Source: Nitrosopumilus sp. (GTDB lineage Archaea > Thermoproteota > Nitrososphaeria > Nitrososphaerales > Nitrosopumilaceae). From it: a stretch of DNA of 64,000 nt. Shown here piece by piece: positions 32,175 through 41,184 of this stretch (the stretch's first letter is position 1; each line of letters begins with the position of its first letter). A model generated the notes under the pieces. The model had not been told where the DNA came from and did not search any database. It saw only the letters and a list, made by a program, of their open reading frames with translations. The translations under genes and the position numbers were made by a program. The stretch is from NCBI GenBank assembly GCA_965207445.1, contig CBDBLX010000002.1:1239849-1303848 (forward strand). Reading direction: 5' to 3'.

Positions 32175-32219
32175 GGTAGATGTGTGTTGAGGTGTACAGG
32201 TAGAGGGTTTAACTGTTAC
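32175..32219 (+). mobile_element. Solo right end of the IS66 at 4835-6975
   Basis: Near-identical to 6931-6975. Confidence 0.85.
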
Positions 32220-32816
32220 CGAAACGCGCCGTCCAACTTTTCTCCACCAAAACCACGAAAAGCATAAAGATCATGACGAGCCTGGCTCGCTAAGATTATT
32301 GATCATATGGTCACTATCATAATAATAACTTCCAAAAGCAGGAAGAAGAGTGATAAGCGGCGCAAGAAGAATTACGCGGAAAGACAAAACTCGCGCGTGC
32401 GGACATATAAGATCGAATAGCGAAGATTAAAGATCAGGGAATGCCGCAACTATACCCATGATAATCCCACGCCGTGGTTGGGCTCATCACACTGCATCAA
32501 AGTATGAGAGGAAGTGAAAGGGGGGGACAGAATGAAGCGAGTTCGGATCAAGCAGTTAGTAAAATTGATCCGCAACACCCTGTCCGAGTGCTACCGAGAC
32601 AGACATTACGGAGATCATATGCCTAGTCGGCCGAGGACAACAAAGCAATTCGTGTGTTGGGAATTCTAGAATATGTTGCCAACTAACGCCGTCATATGGC
32701 CTTGAGTATTCGATTCTACGATTGACCCGAAGATCGTGTCTATCCCGCCCCTCGTTAGAACATCTCAACTAATCTTAATTCAGAGACTTTAAGAAGCTAA
32801 GGCCATAAGATAGTGT

Positions 32817-33413
32817 ATGATGAATATGAATGTCAAGAGTAAGGTGCTCAAAGACGACAATGAACTACAAAAGTTCATAATTCTACTGGCAAGTGCTGCT
32901 GGTGGCAAACCCATTAAAGGAAACACCAAACTCCAAAAAATCCTGTTTTTATTATCGAATAGCATTGATGATATCCGAGAGTATGGGGATTTTGATGCAT
33001 ATCTTTATGGTCCGTACAGCGAGACAATCGACCAAGAATTACAATATCTGGGGCAGATCGGCGTACTTAGTAACACTCGTGGAGAGATCGCACTCACCGA
33101 AACAGGGAAAGAAATTGCAAAAGACATGACAAAAAATACGGACGGTGTCGTCCTTAAGGCATTAATCAAATACAAAGAGATTTTCAATGATCTTACAAAT
33201 AAAGAGTTACTTGCATACGTTTATTCAGCATATCCGGACATGGCCAAGGAATCTGCAGAATATGAGAATCTAAGACCCAACATGGAAGATCATATTATGG
33301 CTCTAGTCAAAAAACACAAGATTAGTGCGCAGCGCGCCGCTGAACTGACAAAGAAACCCCAGGCCTATGTCATAAAAAGAATGAAAGATTATGGAATACC
33401 AATTTTAGGATGA
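32817..33413 (+). CDS. YwgA/DUF4065-like wHTH protein
   Basis: TKLQKILFLL, YLYGPYS, LLAYVYSAYP. Confidence 0.75.
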   Translation: MMNMNVKSKVLKDDNELQKFIILLASAAGGKPIKGNTKLQKILFLLSNSIDDIREYGDFDAYLYGPYSETIDQELQYLGQIGVLSNTRGEIALTETGKEIAKDMTKNTDGVVLKALIKYKEIFNDLTNKELLAYVYSAYPDMAKESAEYENLRPNMEDHIMALVKKHKISAQRAAELTKKPQAYVIKRMKDYGIPILG

Positions 33414-33416
33414 GCT

Positions 33417-33640
33417 GGTTCTCCTGCAAACGCGGTTGGTGGCAATTAACACAGATTTGAACCGTTGCAGTCAATCCGGACACGTAACTAGTATTTTGTC
33501 GCCACGTGTGATAAACTTCAAACCCTCTGAGGTTACCAAGTTTGGCAAGGACCGGCTTTGGAATGTACGAGTAACTAGTTACCCATTTTCACGTTGTGGG
33601 TTATGGATACTTGGAATTCAGTTAGGGCATTGGCAGCCAA
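33417..33640 (-). repeat. Degenerate inverted copy of 63458-63680 (AbrB-like small gene, frameshifted)
   Basis: Direct sequence match with indels. Confidence 0.8.
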
Positions 33641-34524
33641 TGGTGATTTCATTAAAGATCCGATAGTTTTTAGATATTCTTATAATCACATATTAGGAAA
33701 TCAGGCAGGCCCCATGTTGTAATCCATACATACTTCATGATTTTTCCATGGGCATGTGTATGCCAGCCGTGTATTTAGGCGTGGCAAAAGGTATGTGCGC
33801 AGCCGTCCTGATCATAGTGCGATCTGTGCGTCGCACAGCCTCACCCGGACCACCTAGTTCGCGTAATATGCAGTTCATACAGCCCGGAGTTCCGGTATTA
33901 GCGCGTTGTTCTTTGCGTCTTGTATGGCATTGCACATGTACTCTAGTAGCCTGACTGTTCCCACCTCACCGTTTCCCATCATGTGTAGTATGGACTTTTG
34001 CATCTCTGGAAAACCGCCCTTGTAGTATCTGCCTGCCAGTGAACGCTTTATCTCGCGCCATTGGATCTCTATGGGATTGTACTGAGGAGTGTATGGCGGC
34101 AAGTACCATAGTGCGACTTGGCCTCTTGTCTGTTCCAGATACTGCTTGATGTCTTTGGACTTGTGCGCAGATGCATTGTCACATATGACAAATACCTTGC
34201 CGTACTTTTCTCGGAGCATCTCCAACAGTTTTATGACGTTTACAGTATTCGCACTGTCGCAAAAGTGCAGGTGGCACGTGTCGGCCCCGAGTGCACCCGG
34301 CATTTTCATGCTCGTTTTTGAAAAGTTGACATTTACAGTCTCAGAGCCTCCCCGGGGATATAGTCCGCGCGCGACATACGGCGAGTTTGTGATTGCAGAG
34401 ACGTCCATACAGAACACCTCATAGCCGGCGCGGGCGTGCGCCATGGTGGCGTGTATTGCGTCGTGTACATCATGCAGTTCTTCTAATGGACTGGCAGACT
34501 TGTGGTGGATTGGCCTGGGGCATA

Positions 34525-34630
34525 CTGATATGATTAAAGATCCGATATTTTGATTGATATTCATCTCGAAGTTGAGCACATATTATAAATACAAAATATT
34601 AGAAAACTATCGGATCTTTAATGAAACTAT
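34525..34630 (-). mobile_element. 106-bp MITE copy 2
   Basis: TA duplication on both sides. Confidence 0.9.
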
Positions 34631-34722
34631 TAGGCATTCTTATTGAAAAGCCCATCCTGTGAGCTAGCACCAGGGCTCCGGTCCACGTGTACTGGACGTC
34701 AAAAATGTTTACCAGATGCATA

Positions 34723-34828
34723 CTGATATGATTAAAGATCCGATATTTTGATTGACATTCATCTCGAAGTTGAGCACATATTATGAATGCAAAATATTAG
34801 AAAACTATCGGATCTTTAATGAAACTAT
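34723..34828 (-). mobile_element. 106-bp MITE copy 3
   Basis: TA duplication on both sides. Confidence 0.9.
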
Positions 34829-35033
34829 TATGCAATGCAAACAAGGCGGCAGTCCATGTCCCACGCTCAAAGCCACTTTGCATCGGTTCCTTGCTCAGAT
34901 CGGCCTTTGCCTGTTCTTGTTGTGCTTTTGTGAGTCTGCACGGCCTGCCGGGGGATCTTGCGGTCATATCTGCCCTCCAATCCCTCTGACTGTAGCCTGT
35001 TGAACCACTCGGATATGACACCCTGACTGCGTA

Positions 35034-35139
35034 ATAGTTTCATTAAAGATCCGATAATTTTCTAATATTTTGTATTCATAATATGTGCTCAACTTTGAGA
35101 TAAATATCAATCAAAATATCGGATCTTTAATCATATCAG
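35034..35139 (+). mobile_element. 106-bp MITE copy 4
   Basis: TA duplication on both sides. Confidence 0.9.
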
Positions 35140-35396
35140 TATGCGTCCGAGCTGGGCGGCTATTGCAGACTCACTCTTGCCCTTTTTTCGCCCAACTGCT
35201 GCCTGCAGCCTGTCACAGGACTTGCCCGGAGACTCTTTGCGGTAGGCGGCTTTTAGATCTTCTCCTATGATAACTCCCGAGCGTACGAGTCGTACCTTTC
35301 CGATATTTCATCCGTCTCATGACTACCAAGTACAGAGTGTAGTTTATAGCTAACGCTAAGGGTTAATCTGTACATATGCATACGCGGCAGATGTGC

Positions 35397-36491
35397 TTAT
35401 GCCTTGTTCTGTCGTCGTCTCTCCAGCTTGGCCAATTTGCGCTTGTACAGATCTTCGTTGCGTGACTCGTAGCTAGTATTGTTTTGGAGCATGTGCCACA
35501 TGATGTTCATCATTTTATTCGCGACTACGACAACTGCAAGCGCATGCTTGTCTGCATGTCGTTTGCGTGCTGCTTCGTATGCGGCTTTCATTCTCAGATC
35601 ATGTCTGGCCGCCACACTGGCAGCCTCACACATTATCCAATTTACAAGCCGGTCTGTGCCTGCCTTTTTTATCTTTCCAAGACGCATCTCATTACCTGAT
35701 TGTCTTATTGTAGGACAGAGCCTCGCCCATGAGATCATTTGTTTGGGAGTCTCAAACCTCGATATATCCGATATCTCAACTGCCAATAGTATGGCCGCAT
35801 ACGTGCCAATACCTGTCATACTGACAAGCAGTTTTGCATACTCATTTTGAGCTGCTTCGGCATCCAACTGTTTGTCAGTTTCTACAAGCTCGCTTGTGTA
35901 GTGTTTGATTTGTCTTACACACTGCTTTAGTACAAAGTTATCCTGTGCATCACCGAGATTGAGAGTGTCCAGATAGAATAGTGCCTTGTGAGAGTACATG
36001 TTGGCCGCATGTGCGGCCTTACCATGAGCATCAAGCAGGTTGTGTATTTGGTTTATCACCTTGGTTCTTGCCTGTACCAGACGTACATGCTGCCTCACAA
36101 GATTCCTAATTGCACGTATGTGCTTTGATGGAATGTAACACTCTGGAATGGAATTCATCCTGAGTATCTGTGCTATCTTTTCTGCATCTATCTTGTCAGT
36201 CTTTTTTCCAGTCTTGTTGATCAGTGCCATCTTGTACGAATTGGCAAGCTTGATCGGAATGCCAACATCTTCAAACGCATTAACTGTCGTAATCCACAGG
36301 TTAGCTGTGGTCTCGCATGCTGCAGTGCATTTTCCCATCTTACCATACTTGTCAAGTATGGCGTGTGCACATTGTCTTGCATCCTCTTGCGTGTTAAAGT
36401 ATTGCCCACGGTCGAGTACCTTGCCCCTATTGTTAACTACACAATAGTCACACTTTTTCTTGCTAATGTCTATACCTATGCTTATCTTCAT
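35397..36491 (-). CDS. IS110-family transposase/recombinase
   Basis: IGIDISK, E, KTDKIDA, GIG, QSG. Confidence 0.93.
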   Translation of the reverse strand: MKISIGIDISKKKCDYCVVNNRGKVLDRGQYFNTQEDARQCAHAILDKYGKMGKCTAACETTANLWITTVNAFEDVGIPIKLANSYKMALINKTGKKTDKIDAEKIAQILRMNSIPECYIPSKHIRAIRNLVRQHVRLVQARTKVINQIHNLLDAHGKAAHAANMYSHKALFYLDTLNLGDAQDNFVLKQCVRQIKHYTSELVETDKQLDAEAAQNEYAKLLVSMTGIGTYAAILLAVEISDISRFETPKQMISWARLCPTIRQSGNEMRLGKIKKAGTDRLVNWIMCEAASVAARHDLRMKAAYEAARKRHADKHALAVVVVANKMMNIMWHMLQNNTSYESRNEDLYKRKLAKLERRRQNKA

Positions 36492-36789
36492 CCTTTGCTA
36501 TCACCTCCTGGTCGGATGTCTTTTGATGAAACGGAAGCTGCATACTCCTATCAGGGCTCGCAGCCCAATCATACAGCAGCTCGGATTGCCCCAATCTATG
36601 CAAAGGGAGCATTGTCCCATAGTAATTCAGGGGTCGATTCATCACTACTAGTACGTGGAGGGGGTTATCATGTATTCTATGCATCGCACAGTGTTATAGA
36701 TGCGTATATTTCCTGTGAGATGTGTTTTTTCACAGATGATACATATGTTCACTAAGATGATATTCGTGTTGATATGGCCTTATTTAGGC

Positions 36790-37212
36790 ATGATGCGGTG
36801 GGGGGAGGGGGAGGTGACACGTTACATCATCGCCGCTATATTCGGCGTTATCGGCGTCTTTTTTGCGGCGCTGTATCAGGGCGCGACCGACGACGTCGTC
36901 GGTGACAGAATCACGTCATATAGCGACAGGCTCGACCTGTACAAGGAGCAGGCCGCAGAGCACCTCAAACTGGTGGAGATGACGGACACCGAGTCGGACA
37001 CGGCAGACCTGATAAACACCGGCATAAAGGACGTCCGGATATGACACCTGTACACAGACGACGTCAAGGACGACGCCTACTCGGTCCGGGACAGGGACGG
37101 GTCCGTCGACTGGCTGCGCGTCGGCAGCCTGGTCAGCATCACCTCGGCCCTTGACGGCGGCACGGTCTCTATAGTCACCGAGAGCGGCACGGTCTTCCGG
37201 TTTGACCAGTGA
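36790..37212 (+). pseudogene. Archaeal pilin-like protein with in-frame TGA at 37042
   Basis: RWG|EGEV + hydrophobic helix (class III-like signal); C-terminal IVTESGTVF. Confidence 0.5.
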
Positions 37213-37223
37213 CGATCAGGGTT

Positions 37224-37550
37224 TTAGCTTCGTCCTTTGTATGTGTCGTATGCTTGGGAGCGCTTCTCAAGTCCGTGCACCAGGATCGAATTGTTCTCCC
37301 ATTTGATCGTTACAAACACCCTGTATTTGCTGATACGTATCCTGTATGCAGGTACGTCCCTTTCCACAAACCTGTTTGTCGTAAGGCGATCTAGTCCAAC
37401 ATTGTTCAGAATCTTGTACGGGTGCTCAATATTGCACAAGGTTTTTCCGACTTCATCCATTTTGGAGATAATTGTTTTGGCAATCTGCTTGTCGGACTTG
37501 CTGATTTTCTTGAGGTTTTTATTAAACCGCGTATAGTATACAACGTTCAC
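37224..37550 (-). CDS. RelE/ParE-family toxin
   Basis: VVYYTRFNKNLKKI, YRIRISKYRV, KRSQAY. Confidence 0.85.
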   Translation of the reverse strand: MNVVYYTRFNKNLKKISKSDKQIAKTIISKMDEVGKTLCNIEHPYKILNNVGLDRLTTNRFVERDVPAYRIRISKYRVFVTIKWENNSILVHGLEKRSQAYDTYKGRS

Positions 37551-37750
37551 GACTCGTCATCTGCATCCAGCATTTTTAATACCTCTTTCCCCGTATAAAA
37601 CCGTTCACCATTGTTGTAAGCCTCGACGCCACTCAGTACGTCGTCTATCATTTCCTCGGAGATGGGTTCGTCGTCGCTCTTTGATACTGTGTCAGACGAC
37701 ACATGCGCCGTCGAATGGACGGTGTCCGGATCAGCGTCGTCAACGGGCAT
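37547..37750 (-). CDS. Putative acidic antitoxin
   Basis: Upstream of RelE, 4-nt overlap, EAYNNGERFYTGKEVLKML. Confidence 0.75.
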   Translation of the reverse strand: MPVDDADPDTVHSTAHVSSDTVSKSDDEPISEEMIDDVLSGVEAYNNGERFYTGKEVLKMLDADDES

Positions 37751-38106
37751 CTAGGCGTCCACCTCGCGCCACAGCAGTGAGCATACATTCATCGCATACG
37801 GGTGCAGCTGCATGCCCATATATCCAAGAGGGTCGTTTGATCGTGCCATGTGATGTATTGTCATCACTCGTATTTATTTGTGAGATCCGGCCCAATAACA
37901 GGACAAGCCCGGAGCCGGAGGCCGTTCTGACGGGTTCCGGAAACGTCAGGATAGGGCACCCGTACACAGGTGGTGGCGCAGACATGCGTGTGCGGCCGTG
38001 GCATAGGCGGGCCCGTTTATGAGCTGCACACGGGTTTGGCCCGCGTCGTCCCGGCCCCTGACGGCGGCACGGTCAGTCGTCACCAAGAGCGGTAGGGGTT
38101 TTAGGT

Positions 38107-38328
38107 TCAGTCAGTGATGATGGTGATGGTGACCCTTCGTATGTCGTCGGCCTCGGTAATCGTGGCGGTGCCTGTCTGGCTTATGACGATCCGTATGTAT
38201 TTGACCATCTTCGGATCATATATCTGACTAGATTGCGCCTCGGACTGGTTGAGCGTCACGGGCATTATGCGCAACGCCGCGATCGTAACCAACCCCATGG
38301 TGGCGTACAATGCGTTTTTTGTGATCAT
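38107..38328 (-). CDS. Small secreted/membrane hypothetical protein
   Basis: N-terminal hydrophobic helix followed by AEAQ-like SEAQ site. Confidence 0.4.
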   Translation of the reverse strand: MITKNALYATMGLVTIAALRIMPVTLNQSEAQSSQIYDPKMVKYIRIVISQTGTATITEADDIRRVTITIITD

Positions 38329-38587
38329 TGCATACCATCACACCGTGCGCTATATAAGAGGACATATCTTGATCTGGAGTGTCTTTTGTAGGCTTGGGGG
38401 GTTTTGGCAGCTGATGCGTCACGCGGTTGGATCGTACACACGTTCCATGAGCAGGATTGTGCCATTCTAGTCGCGCCTTGTGTTGTAAATATGGGGTAAT
38501 GGGTGAGTCGTCTTTTGTGCGGTTCTCGCGGTGTGGAGCATGTCTGCCGAATAACGCGAATACGTGTCCTGCGGCGTGTACGGAGAC

Positions 38588-38692
38588 ATCTTGGTCGGCG
38601 CGGCGGCCTTGCCGTCCCTGGTTTAAGATCGTCAATACATGAGCAAGCTGAGCAAGAGGCATCTTGGTCGGCGCGGCGGCCTTGCCGTCCCT
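38588..38692. repeat. 33-bp direct repeat x2 (CATCTTGGTCGGCGCGGCGGCCTTGCCGTCCCT)
   Basis: Copies at about 38588 and 38660. Confidence 0.85.
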
Positions 38693-38901
38693 CCATTCGC
38701 GCACGAGCTGATGCACTTTACACCCACTTCACTCGCGGCCCTCACCAAACAAATGACCGATGGTGTTTTCTTTTTCATGCCAAAAAGCACTTTCAATTGA
38801 TGGGGTCAATCTCACCCTGCGTTGTATTTGACCCTTGCAAGGTTTACTTTTGCCTCGCGGTGCGAGGGAAGGTATATTGACACCTAACGGTGACGCAAGT
38901 C

Positions 38902-39479
38902 ATGGTCGATACATACACCAGGAGAATAGGCAACATATCTGCTGGCGAGAACAAAAAGGCGGCAAGAAAGGCGCCGCGGGCGCCGATGACACAGTTGTTA
39001 TCTCCCTATCCTCGATGGCAGAGAGCAGTCAGATTGTCCTGACAAATGCAGGCAGGAAGGCAGAGATCCGGCTCAGGCACGGCGTCGCGTTGCGCCACGG
39101 GAACATACTGGAAGGTTCAGACCCGGCAGCCAAAACTGCGAGAAAAAGGACGCTGGTGGTAAAGCAGGCCATGGAAAAGGTAGTAGTAGTGCGGTTCCTT
39201 GAGAGGAACAATGACGGCTATGACTATTATGACAGCGACTTTTATGACGTCCCCCTGTTGGTGGGGCACGCAGTTGGGTGCATGCGCAGGACGCTCTCGT
39301 TTTTTGACGATGACCTTCAAGACTATGGGGTGATGGGCGTGTCGTTTCCAGTACGTGACGACAAGGAACTGCGGGACTTTAAGAGGATGCTCAAGCCCGT
39401 GCTAAAATACATCAAGATAACCACAACAGAGCAAGTATTCATCCCCGATGAAGATGCCTGTATCTCAAAGTCCATCTGA
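38902..39479 (+). pseudogene. UreE-like urease accessory protein, divergent and probably frameshifted near the N-terminus
   Basis: MVDTYTRRIGNI in one frame; T.AGR.AEI.L..G.ALRHG.IL, EKVVVV, LVGHAVG in the next. Confidence 0.6.
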
Positions 39480-39777
39480 CCGTTGTGGGGCGCGGTGCGG
39501 AAAGTCGATCAGTCGGCATGTGGATTTCCAACTCTCATTAAGTTGAAGGGTTGGAAGGCATCAAGCATAGAGATCCTAGGATCCAGTACTGACGGGCTCA
39601 AAACCCAGATGGGTATTGGCGCCGGTATTACACCGGCAAGTGCGCGTCACGCGCGTATTTCCCATTCTAGCCTCCCGCAGCGCATGATATACACCCGAAT
39701 AAATCTGTAATGAATTTGTGGAGGTACAAGTCATACCCTTCCGTGGATTAATGTACTTATAACTAACCAACGCATAG

Positions 39778-40479
39778 ATGCATTTGATGAACAAAGCCGT
39801 GTTTTATCTGGGGATTGGGAGCATTGCAGTCGCTCTGGTTGCAGCTCTTGTAATGGCGCCAACCGCTCCGGTCGTGTTACAAATAACCGTCCAGACGGAG
39901 AGTGACGATATCAATCGTATTACCACGCACGAAGAGTGGATTGAATGGTACCGCAATGCGGATCCAGACGAACTTGGAAGTCATCACAACGAGATAGTAC
40001 GCGATACATGGGTGGCGCAGTATGAGTTTGAACAAGAGTTCCACCCGGAAGAGGGATTGGTAGTGGACTACCTGTCGGCGCTGTCAATACAGCAGGAGAT
40101 GTTGCAGGACACCTACAACTACACGGATGAGAAATTTACCAGATACCACGATTGGTTACTGGAGACGTTCGATGTGCCGCCAACGTTAGAAGGTGTGGAA
40201 CGAGCGATGCTCGATCTGATCGGTGGAGACAAGGACAACATGCACAGAATTGACCATGTACATTCTCACAACCACAGAGCCATCATGATCGCCGAACCTC
40301 CATTCGATCTTTGGGAATCTGATCCTGATTGGTGGTGGTTGCAGAACCAGTTGTCGGCTTGCCAGCATGAGAAAGCGTTGGATTGCGACGAGTTTATTTT
40401 TGCTCACGAGAACAGCCGGCCGCTCACTGAGGGGGAACTTGAGCTTATGCAGCCCGACTTTGAGGAAGCCACGGAGTAG
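39778..40479 (+). CDS. Secreted/membrane-anchored acidic hypothetical protein (frame continues past TAG to 40815)
   Basis: N-terminal TM helix; 233 aa. Confidence 0.7.
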   Translation: MHLMNKAVFYLGIGSIAVALVAALVMAPTAPVVLQITVQTESDDINRITTHEEWIEWYRNADPDELGSHHNEIVRDTWVAQYEFEQEFHPEEGLVVDYLSALSIQQEMLQDTYNYTDEKFTRYHDWLLETFDVPPTLEGVERAMLDLIGGDKDNMHRIDHVHSHNHRAIMIAEPPFDLWESDPDWWWLQNQLSACQHEKALDCDEFIFAHENSRPLTEGELELMQPDFEEATE

Positions 40480-41184
40480 TGGCGCGCGGAGAAAGAGTCC
40501 AATCGCAGTGACACCGGCACCGCTTCGGCCCTGTCTTGGGATCTTTTTTCCAAGGCAGAGGCTCTAGTCCGCGTGGACAAGTATAATACACTCGGCCTGC
40601 GAGTTTCGGCCAGTGAATGTGATGCGTCGGTATGCACTTTCAGGACATCTGTAAGTGGGACAGGATCCAAGCAAGCGTTCACCCCCCCCCTCCCCCTAGC
40701 TAGGTACAGGGCAGCCACTTACGGTGAGCGAATGTGTGGCTATACGTGCCCATGGCACGTAAGGTGGAAGAGAGGTTACGCGTGTGTCATTGCAGCTAGA
40801 ATACGTAGGGTTTGATTGACTTGCAAATGTTCTCGGCTCGATTGGCGGTGTAGTGGTGGTGTAGTTGTTGTGTAATTTGCCAGCTTGTCATACCATATCA
40901 AAAGTCTGTCTGTTAGTGGACTTACAGTGCGCTTTGCACCCGGACAATTCCAATAAAATCACTCATACTTAATAAATGTAACTGCGCTCTTACCAAAAGT
41001 TACATATAGGGCCATCCAAATGGAATTATTATGATTAGAACCAAGAGGATGACATTATGAATTTACTGAGGGCTGTTATCAATCTATTGTTTTCAAAAAA
41101 GCGAACCATTCAGTTTCAGAGGCGATGGTCCATGCAGACAAGAAAGGGAGAGTTGTATGATATGACGATGAGGGGAGAGGGGGT

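Larger units (their letters stand above)
33875..35320 (-). pseudogene. IS630-family transposase interrupted by three 106-bp MITEs
   Basis: PGRPCRL, TWT, ICDNASAHKS, LPPYTPQYNPIE.QW. Confidence 0.85.

Noticed and set aside
34525..35139. CRISPR or attC-like cassette array
   Set aside because: 106-bp units with TIRs and TA duplications in mixed orientation; intervening DNA is one transposase gene
24603..40479. Alternative genetic code explaining in-frame stops
   Set aside because: Both TAG and TGA are involved, and core genes use TAA, TAG and TGA as true stops
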